This document shows, one piece after another, positions 18,464 through 28,840 of a stretch of 64,000 bases of DNA. Under the pieces are notes generated by a model, which searched no databases, was not told where the DNA came from, and worked only from the letters and a program-made list of their open reading frames with translations. The stretch comes from Vicinamibacterales bacterium (lineage in GTDB: Bacteria > Acidobacteriota > Vicinamibacteria > Vicinamibacterales > UBA2999): positions 202,621 to 266,620 of the forward strand of contig JBFWZN010000001.1 of assembly GCA_050185275.1 (NCBI GenBank), given 5' to 3'. The translations under genes and the position numbers were made by a program. The stretch's first letter is position 1, and the number at the start of each line of letters is the position of its first letter.

Positions 18464-19222
18464 ATGGCCCGTATTCTCGTGACCAATGACGACGGCGTGC
18501 ACTCGCCGGGCATCCGAGCGCTGGCTGACGCCCTCAGACCCTTCGGCGACGTCACCATCGTGGCGCCCATCCAGGAAGCCAGCGCGATCGGACACGCCCT
18601 CACCCTGCGGCGCCCCCTGCGGATCGAGACGATCGGTCCCGGCATCTTCGCCGTGGACGGGACGCCCACCGACTGCGTCAACGTCGCCATCACGCACGTG
18701 CTGCAGGAAAAGCCGGCACTGATTGCGTCCGGCATCAACAAGGGCTGGAACCTGGGCGACGATGTCACGTATTCCGGAACCGTCTCCGGCGCGCTCGAAG
18801 GTGCGCTGCTGGGCATTCCGAGCATCGCGGTATCCACGCAGAACCGTCGCAACGAGTTCGACTTCGCGGGCGCGGCCGTGGCTGCGGCCGCCGTGGCCGG
18901 CACGGTGTTCGAGCGCCCGATGCCGAAGTTCACGCTGCTGAACGTCAACGTGCCCTACGGTGAGCAGCGCGGGTTCCGCGCCACCGTGCAGGCGCGGCGC
19001 AACCACGTCACCGTGGTCACCGAGCGTGTGGATCCCCGGGAGCGCCCCTACTACTGGATCGAGGAGGGGGAGAACGAGTGGCAGCCCCACGATCGGTCGG
19101 ATTACCAGGCGGTGCGCGACGGCTACGTCTCGATCACGCCGCTGCAGCCGGACATGACCGCGTACGACGCGCTGAAGTACGTGGAAGGTCTCTCGCTGGC
19201 CGGGGTCGAGGAAGTACGGTAG
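18464..19222 (+). CDS. surE: 5'/3'-nucleotidase SurE
   Basis: Start at internal MARILVTNDDGVHSPGIRALADAL, the canonical SurE N-terminus. Also GTPTDCV, SGINKGWNLGDDVTYSGTV and ITPLQ. Confidence 0.92.
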   Translation: MARILVTNDDGVHSPGIRALADALRPFGDVTIVAPIQEASAIGHALTLRRPLRIETIGPGIFAVDGTPTDCVNVAITHVLQEKPALIASGINKGWNLGDDVTYSGTVSGALEGALLGIPSIAVSTQNRRNEFDFAGAAVAAAAVAGTVFERPMPKFTLLNVNVPYGEQRGFRATVQARRNHVTVVTERVDPRERPYYWIEEGENEWQPHDRSDYQAVRDGYVSITPLQPDMTAYDALKYVEGLSLAGVEEVR

Positions 19223-19237
19223 AATCGCGGTTCGCGT

Positions 19238-19315
<78 letters not shown>

Positions 19316-19329
19316 CAAGTCGTCGTCAC

Positions 19330-19359
19330 AAGGGCCGGTACCCACAGGGACCGGCCCTT
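19330..19359 (+). terminator. strong stem-loop after tRNA-Pro (candidate terminator, possibly bidirectional)
   Basis: AAGGGCCGGT pairs perfectly with ACCGGCCCTT (10 bp), and inner CCC/GGG pairs extend the stem. Only a short TT follows. It sits between convergent transcription units. Confidence 0.5.
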
Positions 19360-19463
19360 CGTGCATGCAGACGCGCCTGTGGGCAGGCATCCTCGCGCAT
19401 CCTGCCGACACCGTGACGCCCGCCCGCCCGCGACGCCACGCCGGCGGGCGACCGCTGTCGTCT

Positions 19464-20846
19464 CTACCGCGCGGGCGTGATGCGCATCGACACGGCCACC
19501 GCGGTCTCACGCGCCCGCTGCAGGTTGGCCCGCGTGCCGAAGAAGGCGACATCGAGCGCCACGCGGCGCCCGATCCCGAAGCCGTAGGTCGGGTTCCAGT
19601 TCCCGCGCTGGTACTGTGCCCCGCCCCGCAGCGCGAGGAAGCCGATGCGGCGCTCCACCCCTCCGCGGACGGTCGCGCCGTTGTACCCCTGCATGCCCAT
19701 CGCGCTGAGGGACCACGCGCCCGCGTTTACGCGCATATTGGCGCTGGTGACGACCGGGAGCGTGACGGTCACGTCGGTGCCAGGCATGGGCAGGTCCTCC
19801 TCGGTGAGTTCCACGTCGTCGGTGAGGCTGCTCAGCGCGTAGCGCGTCCGGGAGAGGCCGGTCCAGCGGATCCGGTTGCCGAGGCCGTTCACGCCGACGC
19901 CGACTTCCACGGGCCCCCGTACCACCTGGACGCCGAGGTCCACGGCACGGCCGCTGCCGCTGGTCGCCTGGAGCGTCTCGACGACGAGGGGCGGAGCCGA
20001 CGACGACGTTGCCACGAGGCCCCGCGCATCGGTGTCGAGCCGGATCGTCGTGGTGGGTTCGAGGTACCTGAAGCCAGTCAGGTGGCGATAGTTCGCCGCG
20101 ACGTAGATGCCGTCGCGGGAAGGCCGCTCCGGGCCAGCGCCCGTCGGCGGCGCGCTCGCTGGCGGCGCCGCCCCGGGAAGCGCGAGGCGCGCGCGGTAGC
20201 CAATGATCGTCGACATCGCCAGCTGCACGGCGGCCTCCTGGTGGATGTCGAACGCGGTGTCGGGGAAGTAGCGCGGCGCGCTGCTCGAGAACACGTCGCT
20301 CAACCGGGGATCCACGTCGAGCGACGTGCCGAGCGCCAGGTAGGGCCCGGCACCGACGTACACCCCCTGGAACGCGCCGGTGGGTTGCTTCGCAAACCTG
20401 AAGGTCTTGCCGAAGGCGCCCGAGGCCAGCCCCTCGACGGCGGTGGTGGTCGGCAAGGTGAAGCCGCGATACGTGGACAGGTCGCGGCTCACACGACCGT
20501 TGACGAGGTCGGACACGAGCCGATACTCGGGGCGCTCCACACCCGACCCGCGCCCGGCTCTCAGGTGAAAGGGGCTGGCCGCGGATTCGACGGCCCGCAC
20601 CGGGTTGAACTGGTCGCTGGCGGGGTTGAACTGGTCGAGGTCACGAAAGAGCTGAATGAGGGAGAGGGGAAGTGGGATGACGTGGTACCCGGACCCCGAC
20701 GGCACCATCCCCGAGGCAATGCTCGGGTCGTCGCCGGCTCCCCCCATGCCGATCATCCGTGCGTCAACGGCAAAGGTCTGTGCGGATGCCGCACTCCCCA
20801 ACAGGGCTGTTCCTACGAACGTGAGACTACACAGGAGTCTCTGCAT
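19464..20846 (-). CDS. hypothetical secreted protein, probable outer-membrane beta-barrel
   Basis: Start at internal MQRLLCSLTFVGTALLGSAASAQTF, a signal peptide. The rest shows an alternating beta-strand-like pattern rich in G/Y/R (GAQYQRGNWNPTYGFGIGRRVALDVAFF). No family recognised. Confidence 0.6.
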   Translation of the reverse strand: MQRLLCSLTFVGTALLGSAASAQTFAVDARMIGMGGAGDDPSIASGMVPSGSGYHVIPLPLSLIQLFRDLDQFNPASDQFNPVRAVESAASPFHLRAGRGSGVERPEYRLVSDLVNGRVSRDLSTYRGFTLPTTTAVEGLASGAFGKTFRFAKQPTGAFQGVYVGAGPYLALGTSLDVDPRLSDVFSSSAPRYFPDTAFDIHQEAAVQLAMSTIIGYRARLALPGAAPPASAPPTGAGPERPSRDGIYVAANYRHLTGFRYLEPTTTIRLDTDARGLVATSSSAPPLVVETLQATSGSGRAVDLGVQVVRGPVEVGVGVNGLGNRIRWTGLSRTRYALSSLTDDVELTEEDLPMPGTDVTVTLPVVTSANMRVNAGAWSLSAMGMQGYNGATVRGGVERRIGFLALRGGAQYQRGNWNPTYGFGIGRRVALDVAFFGTRANLQRARETAVAVSMRITPAR

Positions 20847-21208
20847 GATGTCGCCTCCAGTCATCCATCGCGTGCCGTGGTGGCGGGGGCCGTGTCGTGA
20901 TGTCGCAGCAGCACGCACGGCGGCCCCGGGGCAGGCGTCGGGCGCGGTGGATCCGGTCGGCACCACCGTGCCCGTGCGTGCTCAGGGCTAACAACGCGCC
21001 GCGGGGACAAACCGAACAGCGGGCGCCGACACCGCGGGCGCAGGCAGGCGCGCGAGGATGGCGCGGACGCTCCAGGAGGGCGTGGGGGCTGGCAGAGCGG
21101 CCGCGACCGGCGGGACGCAGCGGTGGGACTACGCGGGTCGACCGGAGAGCGACCGGCGCAGGTACAGGGGCGGCAGTGGCGCCCTGCGGCCTGGTGCGCG
21201 GAGCGCGG

Positions 21209-22162
21209 TCATCGCCGGGCGACGACCGCCGGTGCCCGCGGGGACACGACGATCGTGTTCACCAGGAACCGCTCGCCGTCGGGCGCCACGTCGAACGAGT
21301 GATACGGCGGGTAGGGGAAGCGCGTGTCGAAGAGCGGGACCGGCGCGTCGGCGGTCACGTCGTCCTGGCCGAGGGTGACCGCCGCGGCCATCAGGGAGCG
21401 GTCAGGGGCGATGAAGTAGAGCTCCCGGCCATCCCGTCTCCAGCGCGCGGCACTGCCGCCCCCTGTCGAGATGGCCCAGCGCCGACCCGTGTCGGGAAAC
21501 CGCATCACGTAGACCTCCGACCGCCCGGTGATGCTCGCGCTGAAGGCGATCCAGCGGCCATCGGGCGAAAACGCCGCCCAGTTCTCCGCGGCGCGTGTTT
21601 GCAGCAGGGGGGTGGGCTCGCGGGTGGTGTCGAGCGGCAGGGTCCAGATGTCGTTGCCGGTCACCGGGTGGTCGGTGACGACCAGCAGGTACTGACCGTC
21701 CGGCGACCAGCTGACCGGCCAGACGCCCGTCGCGCCCGACAGGAGCTGCCGGCGCGGCGCGTCGGGCGTGGGGCGCGATTCGAACAAATCGAGCGTCTGC
21801 GCAAAGGCGTTGAATACCACGCGTGCGCCATCCGGCGACCACACGAGCCAGTTCTCGTCGGCTGGGGTGGCGGTGAGACGCGTTCGTGCGCCGCTCTCCG
21901 TGTCGTGCACCCACAGGTCGCGGGTCCCGGCCGATGCGTCGAGGGTCGCCACGGCGACCCGCCGGCCGTCGGGCGAGAGCTCGAGGTTGCCGTAGTCGCC
22001 GGGGCCGCCCACGACCCCGAGGCGCGTGCCCGCCCGATCGAACCACACCAGCTGCGAGACACCGCCGGCCTGCTGCGCCGCTGGCGCGGCGTCGTACTGC
22101 AGCGCGATCACGCCGGCGAGCGTGGCGGCCACCAGGCGGGTCGAGAGGGTCGTGCGCGTCAT
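21209..22162 (-). CDS. PD40/TolB-like WD40 beta-propeller repeat protein, secreted
   Basis: Start at internal MTRTTLSTRLVAATLAGVIAL. Repeated SPDG motifs: LSPDGRRVAV, WSPDGARVVF, WSPDGQYLLV and FSPDGRWIAFSASITGRSEVYV. Confidence 0.75.
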   Translation of the reverse strand: MTRTTLSTRLVAATLAGVIALQYDAAPAAQQAGGVSQLVWFDRAGTRLGVVGGPGDYGNLELSPDGRRVAVATLDASAGTRDLWVHDTESGARTRLTATPADENWLVWSPDGARVVFNAFAQTLDLFESRPTPDAPRRQLLSGATGVWPVSWSPDGQYLLVVTDHPVTGNDIWTLPLDTTREPTPLLQTRAAENWAAFSPDGRWIAFSASITGRSEVYVMRFPDTGRRWAISTGGGSAARWRRDGRELYFIAPDRSLMAAAVTLGQDDVTADAPVPLFDTRFPYPPYHSFDVAPDGERFLVNTIVVSPRAPAVVARR

Positions 22163-22287
22163 GGCGCCGATTCTAGCCCGGGCGTCCCGCGGGGGCCGCG
22201 CCCCGGCTGCGGGGGTGTCGCGTGTAGGATGGCGTGCACGGGCTCGCTGCGAATCGTCCGACGCCCGTATGGCGCACCTGACTGTCC

Positions 22288-24996
22288 ATGACCGAATCCC
22301 GCGTACCTCCAGCGCCCTCCCACACATCCCGGGCCGCATCGCGGGACGACGGCGGGTCTGCACCCCAACGCCCAAGGTGGTTCGCGCTGCCGGTGGCCGA
22401 CGTGCTCGCACAACTCGGCACGTCCGAGGAAGGGCTGGCGCTCGCCGAGGCCTCCGCGCGTCTGGCGCAGCACGGCCCCAATGCGCTGCCGGCGCTGCCT
22501 GGACGTTCGGTGGTGCGGATGCTGGCCGGCCAGTTCACCGACGTCATGATCCTGGTGCTGCTCGGCGCGGCCGGCGTGTCGCTCGCCATCGGCGACGCCA
22601 CCGATGCGGTGGCGATTCTGGCCATCGTCGTCCTGAACGCCGTCATCGGTGTCGTCCAGGAGTACCGGGCCGAGCGGGCCTTGCAGGCCCTGCAGGCCAT
22701 GGCGGCGCCCACCGCGGTGGTACGGCGCGACAGCGCCGTCGACACGGTGCCAGCCGAGAACCTCGTGCCCGGAGACGTGGTGCTCATCGAGGCGGGCACG
22801 ATCGTGCCCGCCGATCTGCGCCTCATCGACGCGGCCCGCGTCCGGATTGACGAGAGTGCGCTGACCGGCGAGTCGGCGCCCGTGGAGAAGACGACCGATC
22901 CGCTCGTGGCACCGGTGTCCCCTGTATCCGACCGCCGCAACATGGCGCACAAGGGCACCGTCGTCACCTACGGCCGTGGGGTCGGAGTGACCGTGGCGAC
23001 GGGGCGTGACACGGAGTTCGGGCGGATTGCCGCCCTCCTGGACGGGGACGTGACGCGTACGCCCCTCCAGCGGCGCCTGGCCGACTTCGGACGACGCCTG
23101 GCGATCGTCGTGCTCGCCATCTGCGCCGTGGTCTTCGCCGCGGGTCTCCTGCGCGGCGAACCTGCGTTGCTGATGTTTCTCACCGCGCTGAGCCTGGCGG
23201 TGGCGGCGATTCCCGAGGCGCTGCCGGCCGTGGTGACCATCGCGCTCGCCCTGGGTGCACGGCGGATGGTGCAGCGCCAGGCCCTCGTGCGGCGGCTGCC
23301 GGCCGTGGAGACGCTCGGGTCGGTCACCCACATCTGCTCCGACAAGACCGGCACCCTCACGTACAACCACATGCGGACGGAACGCTGGCGGTGTGACGGA
23401 GTGGACACCAGCACCCCGGGGCGGGACGGGCCATGGGAGCGGCTCCTGCTGGGCTGCATCCTGAACAGCGACGCGCGTCCTCAGGCAGACGGGACGCTGG
23501 GCGGTGACCCGACCGAGGTAGCCCTGCGGGCTGGGGCGGAGGCCGCCGGCCTCGACGCCGGAGCCCTCCTGGCACGCCACCCGCGGATCGCCGAACTGCC
23601 GTTCGATGCGGAGCGGAAGTGCATGACGACCGTCCATCGCGACGGGGACCGCGTGTCGGCCTGGACGAAAGGCGCGGCGGAGGCCGTGCTCCGGCAGTGC
23701 ACCCGCGAGGCACGCGCCGATGGGGTGCATCCGCTGGACCTGGAGGCCGCCCTGTCGGCGGCAGACCGCCTGGCGGCCGAGGGCCTGCGCGTGCTGGCCA
23801 TCGCGGAGCGTTCCTGGGATTCGCTGCCGGAGACGTCGTCGCCTGAGACGCTGTCCGTGGAGACGGTGTCCCCGGACGCGGTGGAGCGGGACCTCACGCT
23901 GCTCGGGCTCGTCGGGCTCATCGATCCCCCGCGCGAGGCTGCGGCCGATGCCGTGGCCACGTGCCGCGAGGCGGGCATCGTGCCCGTGATGATCACCGGC
24001 GATCATCCCCTCACGGCCAGGGCCATTGCGGCCCGCGTCGGCATCGCGGCGGCCGACGCTCCGGTCCTGACGGGCGAAGAGGTGGAGGCTCTCGGCGACG
24101 AGGCCCTCGGGGAGCACATGACGCGGGTACGGGTGTTCGCGCGGGTGGCACCCGCCCAGAAGCTGCGTCTCGTCGCGGCCCTCCAGGCGCGCGGCGCCTG
24201 CGTCGCCATGACGGGCGACGGCGTCAACGACGCGCCGGCGCTCAGGCGCGCCGACATCGGCATCGCGATGGGCATCACCGGGACCGACGTGGCGAAGGAA
24301 GCGAGCGCCATGATCCTGCTCGACGACAACTTCGCCACCATCGTCGGGGCGGTGCGCGAGGGCCGCCGGATCTACGACAACGTGCGCAAGTTCATCCGCT
24401 ACACGATGACGAGCAATGCGGGGGAGATCTGGGCGATCTTCCTCGCGCCACTCGTCGGACTGCCAATCCCGCTCCTGCCGGTGCACATCCTGTGGATCAA
24501 TCTGGTGACCGACGGGCTGCCGGGGCTGGCCCTGGCGGGCGAACCGGCCGAGCCCGACGTCATGCAGCGCCGACCCCGCGCACCCGACGAGAGCGTCTTC
24601 GCCGGGGGAATGGCCCTGCAGATTGCCTGGCTCGGCCTGCTGCTGGGCGGTCTGGTGCTGGGCGTCCAGGCATGGGCGACCGCGCGCGGCCTGGCGCACT
24701 GGCAGACGATGGCGTTCACCGTCCTCTGCCTGTCGCAGCTCGGCAACGTCATGGCCATGCGCTCGGAGCGGCAGTCGCTCCTGCGGATCGGGCTGATGTC
24801 GAATCCCTGGCTCCTGCTGGCCGTGGCGGTGACGTTCCTGCTGCAGATGGCCACGATCTACGTGCCCGCCCTCAACCCGATTTTCCGCACCGAGCCGCTG
24901 ACCGCGGGCGAACTGGTCGTGACGCTGGTGGTCTCCTCGGGTGCCTTGATGGCGGTCGAGGCCGCCAAGTGGGTGCGGCGCGCACGCGAGTCGTGA
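22288..24996 (+). CDS. cation-transporting P-type ATPase (type II, Ca2+/Mg2+-like)
   Basis: Motifs seen: TGES, AIPEALPAVVT, the phosphorylation site CSDKTGTLT, MITGDH and the hinge [21 protein letters not shown]. About 10 predicted TM segments. Confidence 0.92.
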   Translation: MTESRVPPAPSHTSRAASRDDGGSAPQRPRWFALPVADVLAQLGTSEEGLALAEASARLAQHGPNALPALPGRSVVRMLAGQFTDVMILVLLGAAGVSLAIGDATDAVAILAIVVLNAVIGVVQEYRAERALQALQAMAAPTAVVRRDSAVDTVPAENLVPGDVVLIEAGTIVPADLRLIDAARVRIDESALTGESAPVEKTTDPLVAPVSPVSDRRNMAHKGTVVTYGRGVGVTVATGRDTEFGRIAALLDGDVTRTPLQRRLADFGRRLAIVVLAICAVVFAAGLLRGEPALLMFLTALSLAVAAIPEALPAVVTIALALGARRMVQRQALVRRLPAVETLGSVTHICSDKTGTLTYNHMRTERWRCDGVDTSTPGRDGPWERLLLGCILNSDARPQADGTLGGDPTEVALRAGAEAAGLDAGALLARHPRIAELPFDAERKCMTTVHRDGDRVSAWTKGAAEAVLRQCTREARADGVHPLDLEAALSAADRLAAEGLRVLAIAERSWDSLPETSSPETLSVETVSPDAVERDLTLLGLVGLIDPPREAAADAVATCREAGIVPVMITGDHPLTARAIAARVGIAAADAPVLTGEEVEALGDEALGEHMTRVRVFARVAPAQKLRLVAALQARGACVAMTGDGVNDAPALRRADIGIAMGITGTDVAKEASAMILLDDNFATIVGAVREGRRIYDNVRKFIRYTMTSNAGEIWAIFLAPLVGLPIPLLPVHILWINLVTDGLPGLALAGEPAEPDVMQRRPRAPDESVFAGGMALQIAWLGLLLGGLVLGVQAWATARGLAHWQTMAFTVLCLSQLGNVMAMRSERQSLLRIGLMSNPWLLLAVAVTFLLQMATIYVPALNPIFRTEPLTAGELVVTLVVSSGALMAVEAAKWVRRARES

Positions 24997-25023
24997 CGGT
25001 CCGCCCTGACGGACAGAGCCTCG

Positions 25024-27438
25024 TCAGAACGAGAAACGCACGCCGACCCGCAGCGCGCGCGGAATCGCGGGGTGCGTATGGATGTCCTCGATCCCCTCCT
25101 CCGGCTCGCCGGGCAGACGGGAGGCGTAGAAGTAGTCGATGTCCGAGGCCTCCGCGTCGAAGAGGTTGTAGCCTTCGAGCACGAGCCGCGCGCGAGGCGA
25201 CAGCGCGATGCCAGCTTCGGCGTTCCAGATCGTCGTGCTGCGTGAGGTCTGGCTGTTGTCCTCGATGAGTGAGCGCGGGCCGAAGTGCCGGACGCGGAGG
25301 CTGCCGAACAGGCGCCGGGTCGGCTCCACGGTCACCCCGGCCGAGACGACGCGGTCGAGTGCACCGGGGATGAACGTGCCTGCGGGGTCGTCGTCGGTGA
25401 AGCGGGCCTGCGTGAAGGCCACGTCGCCGTCCACGACAAGCCATGGGCGCAGGCGCGCATAGCTGGACCACTCAAGGCCGATGCGGCGGCTTGGCCGCCC
25501 GGCCTCGGTCGTGCCTGCATCGCCCACGAACAGCAGCTCGGAGGCGATGCCGAGATACCAGACCGACACGGTGGACTGGACTCCCGGAATCGCCACCGTG
25601 CGGAGGCCCACCTCCGCACCGGTGGCGCGAACGAGTGGCGTGACGGGCTCGGCAGCCTCGCCGGTGGACGGGTCCACGGCAATCACGGCCCCGCGCGCGT
25701 CGTTGCTGTGGAAGCCGCCGCCCGCGTTCACATAGAACTCCGTGCCGTTCCACGGCCCGATCACCGCCGAGAACTTGGGATTCACCATGGCGGTGCTGCC
25801 GCTGCCCGAATTGGTGTTCGTGTGGGCCGAGACGTCATACCGGTACACGTCCGCGCGGAAACCGACGGTGGTACGCAGGGACCGATGCCATTCCACCTCG
25901 GTCTGCGCGTACGCGCCCAGCATGCCCTGGCTCACCTCGTCCTCACGGGTCGTGGCAAAGCGCACGGCCTGCGTCGTGCGATAGAGCCCGACGGGACCGA
26001 GCCAGTCCTGTCGAATCTGGACGCCGGCCGCGCTCTCCGTATGGCGGCCGCCCAGGTGTCCCAGGCGCCGGTACGTCACCCGCCCGCCGGCGGCGACGCG
26101 ACGCTCCGCCTGTTCGAACTGATCGCCTCGCACCGGATCGTCGAGGAAGTAGGTGAAATTCGAGAAGAGATTGAGGCTGTTCCGCAGGACGAAGCCCGTT
26201 GCGCGAAGCGAGGCCGGTCCGCTCGATCGCTGTACCTCGATCGCGAGGCTCTGGCGGTTGGCCTGACCCCGATCGCTCCGGTCGATGAGGCCGAACCGCG
26301 AGATGCGCCCGTCGTCGATGGCGCGACGCGGCACCTGATCGGTGGAGCGCCAGTCGGCCCAGTACCCCATGCCGCTCAGCGAGAGCCCGTTGCGGGCATC
26401 GCCCCGGCTGTACCGGAGCACCGTGTTCACCTTCTGCAGGCCGTCGGGGCGGTCCCACGGGCCGTCGTTGAAATTCAGCTCCACGGCGCCGAGGAGGCTT
26501 CCGCCCCGAACCTGCGGGGAGGCTGCGGCGAGAAGCCGGCCCCACCCCTGGGACCCGCCGCTCAGGACGAGGAGCGGGGCCGCCAGCACGTTGACGTAGC
26601 TGACCGCGGCCGCGCCCGCGGCGGAAAAGTCGCCTTCGTCAGCGAAGTAGGGCCCCTTCTTGAACTGCACGCCGCTCACGAGTTCCGGAATGAGGAAGTT
26701 GGCGTCGGCATAGCCATGCGCGTGTGCGCCCGTCGGCATGTTCACCGGGACGCCAGCCACGGTCATCGAGAAGTCGGTGCCGTGATCGAGGTTGAAGCCG
26801 CGCAGGTAGTACTGATTGGCCTTGCCCTCGCCGCTATGCTGGCTGATCACCATGCCGGGCACGGTCTCGAGCACCTCGCCGGCGCGCATCACCGGGCGCG
26901 CCTCCAGCTGCGCCGCCGTGATCGCGCCCTGGCTCGCCGCCGACGCGATGCCCACCAGGTTTTCGGTGGGGTTCGGTACGTCGGCGATGTTGCGGAAGGT
27001 CGCAGCGGCGGTGACCACGACATCGGCACTGAGCGCCAGCGGCAGCATGGCGTTCTCCACGACCGTGGCACCGGGCGCCAGCGCCAGCCCGCGCCGGATG
27101 GTCGTGAAGTTGAGCAGCCGGAACGTGATCTCCGCGTTCCCGGAGGGCAGGCCGGCCAGGGTGTAGCGGCCGGCCATATCGGTGGTCGTGGATTGCTCGG
27201 CGGCCCCCACGCCGATTTCCACGAGCACACCCGGCAGGGCGGCGCCCGTCTGGTCGGTCACCACACCCGAAACGGTCGCCGGTGTGGAGACCGGCGCCTG
27301 GGCGCCTGCCGGATCGGCCAGGAGCAGGACGAGAATGGCGAGGACGGCGGCGGGAACGCCGGCGCGAGCGATGATGGTGCGATGCAGGAGCGGCAGGATG
27401 TGGTGCATGGCGAAGACGTGTGGTCTGCGAGGTGTCAT
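25024..27438 (-). CDS. TonB-dependent receptor with an N-terminal carboxypeptidase-regulatory-like domain
   Basis: Signal peptide, then VSGVVTDQTGAALPGVLVEI...GRYTLAGLPSGNAEITF. Plug region and barrel follow, with the C-terminal LRVGVRFSF. An alternative start exists at Met-11 (27408). Confidence 0.88.
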   Translation of the reverse strand: MTPRRPHVFAMHHILPLLHRTIIARAGVPAAVLAILVLLLADPAGAQAPVSTPATVSGVVTDQTGAALPGVLVEIGVGAAEQSTTTDMAGRYTLAGLPSGNAEITFRLLNFTTIRRGLALAPGATVVENAMLPLALSADVVVTAAATFRNIADVPNPTENLVGIASAASQGAITAAQLEARPVMRAGEVLETVPGMVISQHSGEGKANQYYLRGFNLDHGTDFSMTVAGVPVNMPTGAHAHGYADANFLIPELVSGVQFKKGPYFADEGDFSAAGAAAVSYVNVLAAPLLVLSGGSQGWGRLLAAASPQVRGGSLLGAVELNFNDGPWDRPDGLQKVNTVLRYSRGDARNGLSLSGMGYWADWRSTDQVPRRAIDDGRISRFGLIDRSDRGQANRQSLAIEVQRSSGPASLRATGFVLRNSLNLFSNFTYFLDDPVRGDQFEQAERRVAAGGRVTYRRLGHLGGRHTESAAGVQIRQDWLGPVGLYRTTQAVRFATTREDEVSQGMLGAYAQTEVEWHRSLRTTVGFRADVYRYDVSAHTNTNSGSGSTAMVNPKFSAVIGPWNGTEFYVNAGGGFHSNDARGAVIAVDPSTGEAAEPVTPLVRATGAEVGLRTVAIPGVQSTVSVWYLGIASELLFVGDAGTTEAGRPSRRIGLEWSSYARLRPWLVVDGDVAFTQARFTDDDPAGTFIPGALDRVVSAGVTVEPTRRLFGSLRVRHFGPRSLIEDNSQTSRSTTIWNAEAGIALSPRARLVLEGYNLFDAEASDIDYFYASRLPGEPEEGIEDIHTHPAIPRALRVGVRFSF

Positions 27439-27511
27439 GGGGACCGGGTGCTATCCTGACCGGACGCCCGCCGGACCGTGGTCCGCGCCGGCGCCGAGGA
27501 GGCCAGTGTAG

Positions 27512-28840
27512 GTGGAGATCTCCCTCTCGCAGGTGCGGCACGTTGTCGCAGCGGACGGCGCGGCGCCAGACACCGCGGCGTCGATCGAGCGCGCTGTGCG
27601 CGTGGCGCGCGTCGCGACGTGCGGGCTTCACTGGATCGCGCTCCTCGGGCCCTGGCTCGCGCCCACCGTGGACCTGCCGCTGCGAGCGATCTGGTGGCTG
27701 CTGCTGCCTGCAGCCGTAGCCCAGACGGCACGCGTCGTCGTGCAGGCGCGCGGGGGCGCCGAACCGTCCGCGCTCGTCGGGCTGAGCCTGGCGGTCGACA
27801 CGCTCCTGCTCGCCGGCCTGCTCGACATCACGGGCGGTCCCTTCAATCCGTTCCTCGTGATGTACGGCGTCTACGTCTGGCTCGGCGCGGTGCGCCTGCC
27901 CCGGTTCTGGCTCGCGACGACGGTCGTGCTGGCCGTGGCCGGCGGGGCGTGGCTGGTCATCGATCACGTGCGCGCCGATCCCGGCGCCGTGCACCATCGC
28001 CTCAACGACCTCCCGACCCACCTCTTCACGATGTGGCTGGCCGCGCTGGCGACGGCCGATCTGGTGGCCTACTACGTGCGTCGAGGCTCGGCGGTGCTCG
28101 CCGCACGCCAGCGCGACCTGGAGGAGGCACGCGCGCGCGCGGCTCGAAGCGAGCGGACGGCCTCGTTGGTCACGCTCGCCGCTGGCGCGGCCCACGAGCT
28201 GTCGACGCCGCTGGGGACGATCGCCGTCGCGGCGCGGGAGCTGGAGCGCGCGGCTGCGCGACTGGGGGTGGATGCGACCAGCGATGCCGTCCGGGCGGAT
28301 GCGGCGCTCATCCGGGCGGAGGTGGACCGTTGCCATCGGGTGCTCGACGGCATGAGCGGCCGTGCGGGTCCACGCTTCCGCGAGTCGGCCGAACCGATGC
28401 GGGCCTCGGCCGCCGTCGCACTGGCGGTGTCGCGGCTGGACGAAGGCCAGCGCTCGCGGGTGCGGGTGGTGGCGGAGGCCATCGATCCGGTGCCCGCCCT
28501 GTCCGGCGGCGAGGTGGCACAGGCCCTCGTGTCACTGTTGCGCAATGGATTCGACGCGAGCGGCCCGGACGGCGTCGTGGACCTGCAGGTGGTCCTTCGC
28601 GACCAGCGCCTGTGTTTCGAGGTGCGCGACGCCGGGCACGGCATTCCGCCCGATGTCCTGCCGCGGGTGGGCGAGCCCTTCTTCACCACCAGGCTGTCGG
28701 GAGGGGGGCGTGGCCTCGGCGTGTTCCTCGCGCGCCTGCTCGCGGAGCAGGAGGGCGGACGTCTCTACTTCCAGAGCGGCCACGGCACGACGGCCGTGCT
28801 CGAACTGCCGGTCCTCGCAGCGGCCGGCGGCCTGCCATGA
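27512..28840 (+). CDS. regB: RegB/PrrB-like redox-sensing histidine kinase
   Basis: GTG start and a multi-TM N-terminus containing GGPFNPF, which matches the RegB quinone-site heptapeptide GGxxNPF. H-box AAHELSTPLGTI, a Cys in the following helix (EVDRCHRVL), and HATPase boxes (LLRNGFDA; DAGHGI; GGRGLGVFL). Confidence 0.8.
   Translation: MEISLSQVRHVVAADGAAPDTAASIERAVRVARVATCGLHWIALLGPWLAPTVDLPLRAIWWLLLPAAVAQTARVVVQARGGAEPSALVGLSLAVDTLLLAGLLDITGGPFNPFLVMYGVYVWLGAVRLPRFWLATTVVLAVAGGAWLVIDHVRADPGAVHHRLNDLPTHLFTMWLAALATADLVAYYVRRGSAVLAARQRDLEEARARAARSERTASLVTLAAGAAHELSTPLGTIAVAARELERAAARLGVDATSDAVRADAALIRAEVDRCHRVLDGMSGRAGPRFRESAEPMRASAAVALAVSRLDEGQRSRVRVVAEAIDPVPALSGGEVAQALVSLLRNGFDASGPDGVVDLQVVLRDQRLCFEVRDAGHGIPPDVLPRVGEPFFTTRLSGGGRGLGVFLARLLAEQEGGRLYFQSGHGTTAVLELPVLAAAGGLP

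Noticed and set aside
20847-21208. 360-bp gap upstream of the hypothetical OM protein gene, examined for a riboswitch (for example c-di-GMP) or a small ORF
   Set aside because: I could not recognise any conserved riboswitch core sequence or a credible small ORF by eye. Without a covariance-model search I cannot support a feature here.
22159-24699. 846-aa minus-strand ORF opposite the P-type ATPase
   Set aside because: The plus-strand frame carries every P-type ATPase signature ([18 protein letters not shown]). The antisense translation is Arg/Gly/His-rich with no recognisable domain.
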